A DNA stretch of 64,000 nt. It comes from an uncultured Acidimicrobiia bacterium. Its GTDB lineage: Bacteria > Actinomycetota > Acidimicrobiia > Acidimicrobiales > AC-14. Made by a program: the position numbers and the translations under genes. Location of the stretch: positions 96,001 through 160,000 of the forward strand of contig CAWIIV010000020.1 in assembly GCA_963836205.1 (NCBI GenBank), in the 5' to 3' direction. Within the stretch, counting starts at the first letter, position 1, and every line of letters starts with the position of its first letter. Below the pieces are notes generated by a model. It saw only the letters and a program-made list of their open reading frames with translations. It searched no databases and had not been told where the DNA came from. Positions 29,575-39,401 of the stretch are shown piece after piece.

Positions 29575-31520
29575 GCGAGAACGCATGGGTGAGGATCGAC
29601 CCCGGGGGCCTGGAGGAGGGGCGGGTGACGACCGTGGTCGCCGCCGGGCGGGCCATCTGCCTGGCCCGCACCGCCACCGGGTACGGCGCCCTCGACAACC
29701 ACTGCCCCCACCAGGGCGGGCCCCTGGGCGACGGCCAGATCGCCGACGGCTACGTCATCTGCCCGTGGCACGCCTACGAGTACGACCCGGCCACCGGCAA
29801 GCCCCCGCCCGGCTTCAAGGACGGAGCCACCCCCTACGCGGTCGAAGACCGGGGCGCGGACGGCCTGTGGGTCGAGCTGCCGGTGGCCGAGAACCTCGTC
29901 TCGCTGATGGACCAGATGGTCGACGTGCTCTGCGAATGGGGTCTCGACACCGTGTTCGGGATGGTCGGCCACTCCAACCTGGGCCTGGCCGACGCCCTCC
30001 GCCGCGCCGAGGAGGACGGGCGCATCACCTACATCGGCATCCGCCACGAGGGGGCGGGCGCCTTCGCCGCCTCCGGCTACGCCAAGGTGTCGGGCCGACC
30101 GGCGGCCTGCCTCACCATCGCCGGCCCCGGCGCCACCAACCTCCTCACCGGCCTGTGGGACGCCAAGGTCGACCGGGTGCCGATCGTGGCCCTCACCGGG
30201 CAGGTGAAGTCGCAGGTCATCGGGCCGGGGACGTTCCAGGAAGTCGACCTCGCCTCCGCCTTCAAGCCGGTGGCGGCGTGGAGCCAGACCGTCCTCCGCC
30301 CCGAGAACGCCACCGAGCTGGCCGCCCTGGCCATGAAGCACGCCCTGGTGGAGCGCGACGTCGCCCACCTCATCTTCCCGGACGAGGTCCAGGAGCTGCC
30401 GGGGGTCGCCACGCCCGCGCCCCGGCCCCGCCTCGGGAGGGTCGCGGCCCCGGAGATCGGCCCGCCCGAGGCCGAGCTGGCCCGCGCCGTGGAGCTGCTC
30501 CGCGCCGCCCAGCGGCCGGTGATCATCGTCGGCAACGGCGCCCGCGGCTACGGCGACGAGATCGCCGCCTTCGCCGAGCACGTCGACGCCCCCGTGATCA
30601 CCACGTTCAAGGCCAAGGGGCTGGTCCCCGACTCCCACCCGCTGGCGTGCGGCGTCCTCGGCCGCTCGGGCATCCCGGTGGCGTCGATCCACATGGGCCG
30701 CAGCGACTGCCTGCTGGTGCTGGGGGCGTCGTTCTCCGACCACACCGGGATCGCCACCTACGTCCCCACCATCCAGGTCGACTTCGAACGCATGATGCTG
30801 GGCAAGTTCCACCCCGTCACCGTCCCCCTGTGGGGTGAGATCGGCCGCACCCTGGCCCTGCTGGCCGCGGCCGTACCCGCGGCCGAGCACCCCGCCCAGC
30901 GGGAGTCGATCGCCAAGCAGTGGCGCCGGTGGCGGGCGGAGAAGGCGGCCCGCTCGCTGTTGGCCGACGGCCGCGGGCGCATGCACCCGGCCCACGTGTT
31001 CGAGGTGTTGTCCCGCCTGGTGCCGGAGGACGCGGTCGTCCCCGTCGACGTGGGCAACAACGCCTACTCCTTCGGCCGCTACTTCGAGACCCAACGGGGC
31101 CAGACGGTGCTGATGTCCGGTTACCTGGGCTCGATCGGCTTCGGGTTCCCGGCGGCCATGGGCGCGTGGGCCGCCACCAAGGGCACCGGCCGCAAGGTGG
31201 TCTCGATCAGCGGCGACGGGGGTTTCGGGCAGTACCTGGCCGAGATGACCACGGCGGTCGCCCACTCCATGCCGATCACCCACGTCCTGCTCAACAACGA
31301 CGAGCTGGGCAAGATCTCCAAGGAGCAGATCGGTGCCCTCCGCCCGGTGTGGCAGACGGCCCTGGTCAACCCCGACTTCGCCGCCTACGCCCGCCTGTGC
31401 GGGGCCCGCGGCTGGCGGGTCGAGCGCCCGGAGGACCTGGAGCCGGCCCTGGCCGAAGCCCTCGCCGTCACCGACGGTCCGGGCCTGGTCGAGGTGGTGA
31501 CGTCGGCCCGCGACGTCTGA
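29571..31520 (+). CDS. ThDP-dependent pyruvate oxidase-like enzyme with N-terminal Rieske [2Fe-2S] domain
   Basis: CPHQGG...CPWH; IRHEGAGAFAA, AGPGATNLLTGL, GDGG...NN ThDP motif. Confidence 0.88.
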   Translation: MSENAWVRIDPGGLEEGRVTTVVAAGRAICLARTATGYGALDNHCPHQGGPLGDGQIADGYVICPWHAYEYDPATGKPPPGFKDGATPYAVEDRGADGLWVELPVAENLVSLMDQMVDVLCEWGLDTVFGMVGHSNLGLADALRRAEEDGRITYIGIRHEGAGAFAASGYAKVSGRPAACLTIAGPGATNLLTGLWDAKVDRVPIVALTGQVKSQVIGPGTFQEVDLASAFKPVAAWSQTVLRPENATELAALAMKHALVERDVAHLIFPDEVQELPGVATPAPRPRLGRVAAPEIGPPEAELARAVELLRAAQRPVIIVGNGARGYGDEIAAFAEHVDAPVITTFKAKGLVPDSHPLACGVLGRSGIPVASIHMGRSDCLLVLGASFSDHTGIATYVPTIQVDFERMMLGKFHPVTVPLWGEIGRTLALLAAAVPAAEHPAQRESIAKQWRRWRAEKAARSLLADGRGRMHPAHVFEVLSRLVPEDAVVPVDVGNNAYSFGRYFETQRGQTVLMSGYLGSIGFGFPAAMGAWAATKGTGRKVVSISGDGGFGQYLAEMTTAVAHSMPITHVLLNNDELGKISKEQIGALRPVWQTALVNPDFAAYARLCGARGWRVERPEDLEPALAEALAVTDGPGLVEVVTSARDV

Positions 31521-31556
31521 CCTCGTCCGGACACCCCTCCGGCTCCGTAAGAATGC

Positions 31557-33293
31557 ATGCCCATGGCCAAGGAACGCGCCCCCGGACGTCCGGTCAGCTT
31601 CGGTTCCGACGGCGCCCTGGACCGGCCCGCATCGGAAGCCGACCTCGACTTCGTCCGCCGGCCCATGGTGCGCTGGCTCGACCCCCACCAGCTCCTCGAC
31701 ACCGCCGGCCGGGTCCTGGCGTCGGGATTCTGGAGCGCCTACACCGACAACCGGGAGCTCCAGGCCATGGTGGCGGCGGGCGTCCACGACCGGACGGCGG
31801 CGTCCGACGTATGGGTCGACTACGTCTCCGACCTGGGCGACGGCTTCAACTCGACGTACACCGTCGCCTACCTGCTGGCCCAGCCCGAACTCGACCTCGA
31901 CGGGGAGCACACCCGGCGGGGACGGATCCTGGTCATGGGCGGCGACCAGGTGTACCCCGTCCCCAAGCGCTCGGAGTACGAGAACCGGCTGCTGGGGCCC
32001 TACCGGGCGGCCATGCCCAACCCGTCGGACGAGAAGCACGACCTGTTCGCCATTCCCGGCAGCCACGACTGGTACGACGGCCTCATCAACTTCACCAACA
32101 TCTTCTGCCGGCGGCGGGAGCTGGGGGCGCTGCGGACGAGCCAGACCCGGAGCTATTTCGCGGTCGCCCTCCCCCACCGCTGGTGGCTGTGGGGCATCGA
32201 CCTCCAGTTCGGGGACTTCATCGACGAGGCCCAGGTCCGCTACTTCAACGACATCGCCAGCGACGCCATGAAGCCGGGCGACCGCATCATCCTGTGCATG
32301 GCCAAGGAGGTCGACAGCGGGCCCAAGAGCGCCGAGGTCTGCTCCGACCGCGACGTCCGGTACCTGGAGCGGGAGGTGGTCGGGCCCGCCGGCGGCCGGA
32401 TCGAGGTGTTCCTGAAGAGCGGGCGCCACTACTACAGCCGCTACGAGGAGGAGGACGGCCGCCAGCTCATCACCGCCGGCGGCGGGGGGTCCTTCCTCCA
32501 CCCCACCCACCAGCTCCCGGAAGGCTCCAGCCCCCACGGCAAGCTCAAGACGAACTACCGGAAGCAGGCGGTCTATCCCACCGAGACGGTGTCGAAGGGG
32601 CTGCGCAAGCGGGTCTTCCTGCTGCCCGCCTACAACCTCCCCCTGGCCGCGGTGCTGGGGATGGTCCACGTGCTGCTGGCCTTCCTCCTGCGGCTGCACC
32701 TGGAGGACCAGTACCTCACGCTCGGGGTCGCCGACCTGTGGCACGCCCTGTGGGAGACGCCGGCCGCCTTCCTGCTGGTCTTCCTCCTCATCACCAGCAT
32801 CGGAGCCATGGTGTTGCTGGCCCACGACGCCGCCGGCTGGCCCCGATTGGCCCTGGGGCTCGTCCACTCCACCCTCCAGGTGGGCGGGCTGGCCTTCGTC
32901 TATCTGGTGGCGTCGCACGGGGCGGCCACGCTGGGGGCCTCGGGCGGGGTGGTGTCGCTCCTCGTCTTCCTCGTCCTCGTGTACCTGATCGGAGGGATCG
33001 GGGGGGTGCTGGGGATCGCGGCCTACTTCTGGGCCACAAACATCCTCGGCTACCACGGCAACGAGGTCTATGCCCCCCTCCACCACGAGGACCTCAAGAA
33101 CTTCCTCCGCCTCCACTTCGAGGCCGACGGCGGTCTGACCATCTACCCCATCGGCATCGACCGGGTCGGCCGCCACTGGAAGCTCAACCCCGAGGGGCCG
33201 GCCGACTCGCCGTGGTTCGTGCCCGACGGCCACAATCCTCCGCGACCCCACCTCATCGAGCCGCCGATCCGGATCAAGGGCGGTCCCGGCTGA
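31557..33293 (+). CDS. Membrane metallophosphoesterase (calcineurin-like)
   Basis: SDLGDG, GGDQVYP, IPGSHDWYDGL, GGGGSFLHPTH, C-terminal TM bundle. Confidence 0.82.
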   Translation: MPMAKERAPGRPVSFGSDGALDRPASEADLDFVRRPMVRWLDPHQLLDTAGRVLASGFWSAYTDNRELQAMVAAGVHDRTAASDVWVDYVSDLGDGFNSTYTVAYLLAQPELDLDGEHTRRGRILVMGGDQVYPVPKRSEYENRLLGPYRAAMPNPSDEKHDLFAIPGSHDWYDGLINFTNIFCRRRELGALRTSQTRSYFAVALPHRWWLWGIDLQFGDFIDEAQVRYFNDIASDAMKPGDRIILCMAKEVDSGPKSAEVCSDRDVRYLEREVVGPAGGRIEVFLKSGRHYYSRYEEEDGRQLITAGGGGSFLHPTHQLPEGSSPHGKLKTNYRKQAVYPTETVSKGLRKRVFLLPAYNLPLAAVLGMVHVLLAFLLRLHLEDQYLTLGVADLWHALWETPAAFLLVFLLITSIGAMVLLAHDAAGWPRLALGLVHSTLQVGGLAFVYLVASHGAATLGASGGVVSLLVFLVLVYLIGGIGGVLGIAAYFWATNILGYHGNEVYAPLHHEDLKNFLRLHFEADGGLTIYPIGIDRVGRHWKLNPEGPADSPWFVPDGHNPPRPHLIEPPIRIKGGPG

Positions 33294-33297
33294 CGCG

Positions 33298-33468
33298 TCA
33301 GATGGCGATGTGGACGTTGAACAGGACCAGGGGCCACACGAGGACCGCCAGAAGCGCGGAGAGGACGCCCGACAGGCTGTCGAGGTGATCGAGGAAGCCC
33401 TTGTTGGCCGCGACCACCAGCCCGATGACGATCCAGACGACGAACCCGAGGCTGACCGGTCTACGCAT
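33298..33468 (-). CDS. Small membrane protein (56 aa)
   Basis: MRRPVSLGFVVWIVIGLVVAANKGFLDHLDSLSGVLSALLAVLVWPLVLFNVHIAI. Confidence 0.7.
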   Translation of the reverse strand: MRRPVSLGFVVWIVIGLVVAANKGFLDHLDSLSGVLSALLAVLVWPLVLFNVHIAI

Positions 33469-33613
33469 GGGTCTGCCCCTCGGCCGCGAGCCCGGGGTGG
33501 ACCGGGCCCTGGACGGGCGGCCGCTCGACGAGGCGATCGAGCCACGTGGCGACCCAGAGGAAGAGGACCAGCCCGGCCAACACCGCCGGCGGGGTCCAGA
33601 GGCTGAGGTTCAT
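33461..33613 (-). CDS. Small membrane protein (50 aa)
   Basis: MNLSLWTPPAVLAGLVLFLWVATWLDRLV...; overlaps both neighbours. Confidence 0.55.
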   Translation of the reverse strand: MNLSLWTPPAVLAGLVLFLWVATWLDRLVERPPVQGPVHPGLAAEGQTHA

Positions 33614-33834
33614 CGGGAGGCCCCGGTCGACGCTCGGCGGTGGCGACGGCGGCCGCGGCCGCTGGCGGGACGGGTGCTCGGTTCCGACTCGATGCCGGCG
33701 GGGGCGGCGGTGGTGTCGCGCTCGACAGCCTGACCGTCGGCAAGGACGATGTCGCTCGCCCGCGCCGCCGTCACCCGCAGGGCGACGTTGGACTGGAGGG
33801 GACGGGACGGGAGCGCGAAGGCTCGGTGGGGCAT
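33610..33834 (-). CDS. Small hypothetical protein
   Basis: GGGAGG RBS, ATGA overlap with the next gene; low complexity. Confidence 0.35.
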   Translation of the reverse strand: MPHRAFALPSRPLQSNVALRVTAARASDIVLADGQAVERDTTAAPAGIESEPSTRPASGRGRRRHRRASTGASR

Positions 33835-34915
33835 GGGACCTCCCTGGTGACGAACGCACTTGACTGCGTTACCAGGGTCCGGAGCAACGCTCCCGGGAGG
33901 GTGCCGACGGTGGCCGGCAGAGTCCGACACGGTGCGGGGACTCACTCCGTGTCGGGCCTGACGATACACCCCTCGCCGGCGCGCGGTCGTCTCTTGGACT
34001 CATCCAGTTGCTGGCCTTCGGCTTCTTGGCCGACGGCGGCGTAGCGATGGTGGTGGTCGGGCCGGATCGGAGCGACGGCGACGGCGATCGCCGCTCGGGT
34101 CGTCGGTACCGTCGATCGTGGCGACGGCAGATCTCCCTCGCGAGGCGAGCGCCATGACAAGGACCGCCGCCGTCCACCAGCAGTATGGACGGCGGCCGAC
34201 GGGCCGATTCGGCGGCGGCCGGGCGCGGACACCGCTGACCCCGTACGGGGCTTTCCGAGGGACCGGCCGATGACGGGGTCAGGATTCAAGTCGACGGAAT
34301 GACGGACGTGGCCGCGGCACGCGGTGGAGGGAGGCATGGCCCCCCTGGGCGGCCGCCATATCGGCTGTCTGGGCGAACTGTCGGTTCGGTCAGCGGCCAT
34401 GGGCCGCTCGACGTGTACCAGCGAGGGCTCCAGCCACGGTCAGGCCTCGCCCGGATCCTGGGCCTCGACTGCCCGCATGAGGCCTGTCGGAGTGTCGGCG
34501 GCGAACGGGTTCCGCCCTGACGGGACCTCGAGCGCGCCTGGCCGAGCGCTGCGGGTCCTCGGAGTGCCCCGCTGTGGGTGGCGTTGGTGCCTGCCCGGCG
34601 GCTGCAGGCGCTGCTGGTACCGGCCGAGGCGCTGCTCGGAGAGGTTGTCGCTTGCCCAGGGTCACGAGGCGACTGTGGTCAGGAATCCGTCCTGAGAGGA
34701 CGACGAGGTGATAGCCGGGGGCGGCCGGGTCGAGACCTCCCGTACAGGAGCGGTGTTTGGGGCGTCGGCCAATGCAGGCTCGGGCTCGAAGGGCTCCCGC
34801 GCGGATCAGCAAGAACCGTTCCTACGGATTCGAGCGCCGCCCTCCGCCTTGGAGGCGCTGGTCTTGGCCAGGGTCCAACGGCCTAGCTTAGGCTGCGGAC
34901 ATCGGGGACGAGGAG

Positions 34916-36457
34916 GTGACACCCGCCGTGGAGATCTACCAGCTTGAGCAGGTCTTCAAGTTGTCGGGCGTGCCGGATCTCACCTTCGTCGAGCCGGTCG
35001 AGTTCACTCGTCTCGTTGTGGCGCTCCGGACACCTGGCCGGGGCGTCGTCATCGAAGGACCATCGGGCATCGGCAAGACAAGCGCCGTCACGAAAGCGCT
35101 CGACAGGATCAGTCCCAACTCCGAACAATTGGCACTCCGTCTCTCGGCGCGAAAGCTCGACGACCGCGAGTTGATCGCCGAGCTCCCAGGCATGGGCGCC
35201 GCGGGTCTAGTCGTTATCGATGACTTCCACCGACTGGACTCAGCGGTCAGACTCTCAATTGCCGACCACTTGAAGGTTCTTGCGGACGAGGAACGCACCG
35301 ACACGAAGATCGTCGTGATCGGAATCAACCAAGCTGGTGAATCGCTTCTTTCGTTCGCTCCGGATCTTAGCGGCCGTATCGAGGTAATCAAGTTCGGAGT
35401 TAACCCTGATGACCGAGTGGAACAACTAGTCGAGCTGGGCAGCAAAGCGCTTAATATCGAGATTCCGATCGGACACGAAATAGTGCGGGCCGCTGATGGC
35501 AGCTTCAACATTGCCCAAATGCTCTGCCACGACGCGTGCTTGACTGCCGATATAACCGCGACTATGTCCGAAGGCGTTTCCTTGGGCGTCTCGTACGAAT
35601 TGGTGAAGGAACGCGTTCTAGACCGTCTCGCGGGATCCTTCTACAAGCGAGCCGAGGTCTTTGCGAAGGGAAAGAAGCTCAGGAGGGAAGGTCGTGCGCC
35701 ATATCTCCAAATCCTTCGTTGGTTGGCAATGAGCGATGAGTGGACCATCGACCTCGACCGGGAGATATCAAAGAACCCAACGCTGCGCGGCAGTGTCAGC
35801 CAAGTGGTCGAGAAGGGTCACCTCGCGAACCATCTTGACGAACACGCGAATCTGCTTGCCGACTTACTCCACTACGACACTGGTGCCCGAGTACTCGCCG
35901 TCGAAGATCCGAAGTTCTTTTTCTTCATCAAGAATCTTGCTTGGAACAGGTTCGCCGAGCGTATTGGCTACTTTGACGTGTCGTTCTCGTCTCGCTATGA
36001 CTTCGCCCTGTCCTTCTCGGGAAGTGATCGCGATATTGCCCAAGCCCTATTCGACGCTCTGTCCGAGCTTGAGTACGAGGTCTTCTACGACAAAAACGAG
36101 CAGGACCGAATACTCGCGGAGAACGTCGAGGAGTACCTGGCGCCGATATATAAGAGCGAGGCGAGCTACGTGATTGCAATCCTGGGACCTGATTATCCGA
36201 AACGCATTTGGACGAAATTCGAGTCCGAGCAGTTTAAGAAGCGTTTCGGTGAACATGCCGTTATTCCGGTCTGGTTCGCGGGACAGGACTATGCCGTGTT
36301 TGACATTTCGCGCGAGGTCGGAGGGGAGACTATCGATCGTGGCGAGCCCATCGAAACGCAGATCGAGGCGATCGCTGAGCGGCTCGCGAAAAAGCTTCGA
36401 GCGCACCGCATTGCGGGCGACGAGGGTCTGGACGCCGAGCCGGTAGTCTTGTCTTGA
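34916..36457 (+). CDS. AAA+/STAND-like NTPase with C-terminal TIR domain
   Basis: Walker A GPSGIGKT, Walker B VVIDDFH; TIR YDFALSFSGSDR...EVFYDK...RIWTKFES; A/T-richer than flanks. Confidence 0.85.
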   Translation: MTPAVEIYQLEQVFKLSGVPDLTFVEPVEFTRLVVALRTPGRGVVIEGPSGIGKTSAVTKALDRISPNSEQLALRLSARKLDDRELIAELPGMGAAGLVVIDDFHRLDSAVRLSIADHLKVLADEERTDTKIVVIGINQAGESLLSFAPDLSGRIEVIKFGVNPDDRVEQLVELGSKALNIEIPIGHEIVRAADGSFNIAQMLCHDACLTADITATMSEGVSLGVSYELVKERVLDRLAGSFYKRAEVFAKGKKLRREGRAPYLQILRWLAMSDEWTIDLDREISKNPTLRGSVSQVVEKGHLANHLDEHANLLADLLHYDTGARVLAVEDPKFFFFIKNLAWNRFAERIGYFDVSFSSRYDFALSFSGSDRDIAQALFDALSELEYEVFYDKNEQDRILAENVEEYLAPIYKSEASYVIAILGPDYPKRIWTKFESEQFKKRFGEHAVIPVWFAGQDYAVFDISREVGGETIDRGEPIETQIEAIAERLAKKLRAHRIAGDEGLDAEPVVLS

Positions 36458-36761
36458 GAAGAAGCGGAACTCGTCACTGACTCCGAGAAGCGGCGACGGG
36501 TGTCCTGATAAACGTGTGATCACGTGTTCCTTCGTAGACCGCGCATCGACACGATTGGCCCAGACAATGAGAAGGCGCCCCATTGCAAAGAGGATCCGCT
36601 TGGGGGGCGGCGAGGCTCGCCGATTTGCGCTCGGCGGTTGCCGCCACGGACCTCGTCGATTGGGGCCGAGATCGGCACAAGCGGCGCTCAAACCTCACAC
36701 CCAAAATGCCTTGCTGCTGATACTGGCGTATTCCACTGGCCCACATTTTCACCCCATCGAC

Positions 36762-36790
36762 TTGACAACCGAACACATGTTCGATAACAT
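36762..36790 (+). promoter_or_regulatory. sigmaA promoter with LexA box in the spacer
   Basis: TTGACA-N17-TAACAT enclosing CGAAC-ACAT-GTTCG; ATG 6 nt downstream (leaderless). Confidence 0.85.
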
Positions 36791-36796
36791 GAGGGT

Positions 36797-37969
36797 ATGT
36801 GGGAAGGGCGGACAGGGGGTCGGCTGGCAGAGGTTGTGACGATGCTGCGCGAGATGGTGTCGGGCTTCGAGCCGGCAGCGCTCGACGGGCCGGCGGCGGT
36901 GGAGGCGTTGGGGCTGTTCGGCGAGGTCGAGCGGCTGGGGGCGGCGGGGGTGGCGCTGGCCGGGGGGCGGGTGGAGGCGACCCGGGCCTGGCAGGGCTCG
37001 GGGACGCGTTCGGCGGCGCATTTCGTGGCCTCCCGCTGGGGGTCGTCGCTGCGCTCGGCGGTGGTGGCGTTGGAGACGGCCCGCCGTCTGGAGTCGCTGC
37101 CGGCGACGGAGGAGGCCCTTCGTTCGGGGAGGCTGTCCCTGGCCCAGGCGAACGAGGTCGCCTCGGTGGCCGGGGATCGGCCCGAGCGCGAGGCCGAGCT
37201 GGTGGCGGCGGCCGGTTCGGAAACCCTGCCGGCGTTGCAGGAGCGGTGCCGGGCGGTGCGGGCCGAGGGATCGGCCGCCTCCGAGGGCTACCGACGAATC
37301 CATCAGCACCGCTACCTGCGGCACTGGAGCGACGAGGAGGGGGCGTTTCGCCTGGAAGCCCGGCTCTGTCCCGACGCGGGGGCCAAGCTGCTGGCCGCGC
37401 TGGGGGCCCACCAGCGACGGATCTTCGCCACCGCCCGGGGCGAGGGCCGGCGGGAGCCCTACGAGGCCTACGCGGCCGACGTCCTGGTGGCGATGGCCTG
37501 CGGTGGTGGAGGCGGGGCGAAGGGACCGGTACCGGTCGTCCACGTCCGGGTCGATCACGCGGCCCTGGTCCGGGGACGGGTCGAGGAGGGCGAGGTGTGC
37601 GACATCCCGGGGGTGGGGCCGATCCCGGTGGCCAGCGCCCGGGCCCTGGCCACCGACGGCATCCTCAAGGTGCTGGTGACCAAGGGCGTCGACGTGGTGG
37701 CGGTGGCCCACGGGGGACGGACCGTCCCCGCCCACGTGCGCTCGGCCCTGGAGACGAGAGATCCGAAGTGCGTGGTCCCCGGCTGCGACGTACGCCAGCG
37801 CCTGGAGATCGACCACCTCGTCTCCTTCGCCCAGGGCGGTCCCACCACGCTGGAGAACCTGGCCCGGCTCTGCCACCGCCACCACGCCCTCAAGACCCAC
37901 CAGGGCTGGGTCCTGGGTGGCCGCCCCGGAGCATGGACATGGGACCCACCACCGGAGATGCCACCGTGA
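36797..37969 (+). CDS. DUF222 / HNH endonuclease (13E12-repeat-like)
   Basis: ALRSGRLSLAQA; RDPKCVVPGC...EIDHLVSFAQGGPTTLENLARLCHRHH. Confidence 0.88.
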   Translation: MWEGRTGGRLAEVVTMLREMVSGFEPAALDGPAAVEALGLFGEVERLGAAGVALAGGRVEATRAWQGSGTRSAAHFVASRWGSSLRSAVVALETARRLESLPATEEALRSGRLSLAQANEVASVAGDRPEREAELVAAAGSETLPALQERCRAVRAEGSAASEGYRRIHQHRYLRHWSDEEGAFRLEARLCPDAGAKLLAALGAHQRRIFATARGEGRREPYEAYAADVLVAMACGGGGGAKGPVPVVHVRVDHAALVRGRVEEGEVCDIPGVGPIPVASARALATDGILKVLVTKGVDVVAVAHGGRTVPAHVRSALETRDPKCVVPGCDVRQRLEIDHLVSFAQGGPTTLENLARLCHRHHALKTHQGWVLGGRPGAWTWDPPPEMPP

Positions 37970-38256
37970 GGTGCGGGGTGAGGGCTGGCCGGAACGCCCG
38001 CCGACACGCGGCGTCATGCCTGGGCCGACGCGCGAAGTCTTGAGCCCGCGCACAGGGGCCGCGGCCCCTGGGGTTTGGCGGGCCGCGGTCGCCCCCCGGC
38101 GGCGCCGGCTCGTCGGACCGGGCCGGATGGAGCGGCCGGTCGAGTCGCGAAACCGACCTCGCGCGGAATCGGCCGGCGAAACCACCAATCGGGGGGTGGG
38201 CGGCGTTGGAGTTGGCGTGGTTGGGCATGCTGCATCCACGAGGCCGGTGTCGGCCG

Positions 38257-38565
38257 ATGTCGGAGGAGGAGGTTCGGGTGACGGAGGATGGAGACCTGTC
38301 GAGCAAGGTGAAGGGGCTGGTGGCGAAGGCCAAGAACGCCATCAGCGGGGGCGACGACGACGGGGGCACGGGGAGCGGCGATTCGGCCGGGCCGGTGGCG
38401 AAGGTGAAGGCGGCATTGTCGAAGGCCACCGAGGCGGTCACCGGGCTGGTCAAGAAGGACGACGACGGCGCCGGCGCGACCGACGCCCACGAGGAGCCCA
38501 CCGAGAACGCCCTCAAGATGAAGGCGGCGGTGAAGGAGGCCCGCAAGGCCAAGGACGACGACTGA
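38257..38565 (+). CDS. Small hydrophilic hypothetical protein
   Basis: Lys/Ala-rich amphipathic segments, host codon usage. Confidence 0.6.
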   Translation: MSEEEVRVTEDGDLSSKVKGLVAKAKNAISGGDDDGGTGSGDSAGPVAKVKAALSKATEAVTGLVKKDDDGAGATDAHEEPTENALKMKAAVKEARKAKDDD

Positions 38566-38604
38566 CCCCACCGCCGACCGACCGGCGCGGGCATCATTGA
38601 GGCC

Positions 38605-39391
38605 ATGACGCTCACAGTGGGACACGGCCCGTTCGGGCAACATCCGGCCGGGATCTTCAACTTCGAGCCGCCGGAGCACGTCACGTTCGTCGAGCCCGTG
38701 CCCCGGCGGAATCCGGGGCCACAAGGACGGCGTCACCCTCGTCAACAGCGAGCGGGCCATGCTCGTCCACCAGAGTCGCCGACTTCCCTACTACGCCTTC
38801 CCCCGGGAGGACGTCTCCATCGGTGGCGCGCCCGAGCCCCTGGTGGAGGGCTACGTCACGGTCCCGTGGGGCGATGTCGACGAGTGGTTCGAGGAGGACG
38901 AGAAGGTCAGCGTCCACCCCCGCGACCCCTACCACCGCATCGACACCTTCACCACGTCCCGGCAGGTGAGGGTGTCGCTCGACGGGCACGTCCTGGCCGA
39001 GTCCACCGGCGCCAAGGCCCTGTTCGAGACCGGCCTCCCCGTCCGCTACTACCTGCCGTTCCGCGACGTGCGGCTCGAACACCTGGTGGCCAGCGACACC
39101 GTCACCCAGTGCGCCTACAAGGGCACCGCCATCCACTGGTCGGCCCGGTTCGGCGACCCGACCCACTCCAGCCCCGCCCATCTCGACCCTGCCCATGTCG
39201 ACCCTGCCCATGTCGACCCTGCCCATGTCGACATCGCCTGGACCTACGAGGGCGACGACGTCCAGCGGGATGCAGAGGCGGTGCGGGGCCGCATCTGCTT
39301 CTACAACGAGCGCACCGACGTCGAGGTCGACGGCCTCAGCCAGGCCCAGCCCCAGACCCCGTGGTCACGGAGCGCCATCGAGGAGCTCTAG
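38605..39391 (+). CDS. Double DUF427 domain protein, frameshift near 38710
   Basis: HPRDPYHRID, LFETGLPVRYY, TQCAYKG, GRICFYNE; N-terminus in another frame (extra A in CGGAATC). Confidence 0.82.
39172..39231 (+). repeat. 15-bp tandem repeat encoding (DPAHV)n
   Basis: GACCCTGCCCATGTC x3 plus a degenerate copy. Confidence 0.85.
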
Positions 39392-39401
39392 GGCCCAGTC
39401 G

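Noticed and set aside
29430-33743. Very long antisense or alternative-frame ORFs (e.g. 1437 aa here, 930 aa at 16672, 898 aa at 56875)
   Set aside because: Shadow ORFs of real genes caused by stop-codon scarcity at high GC; no motifs and biased composition
36474-36776. Possible partner ORF downstream of the NTPase-TIR gene
   Set aside because: No recognisable motif or RBS, and no frame stands out as coding
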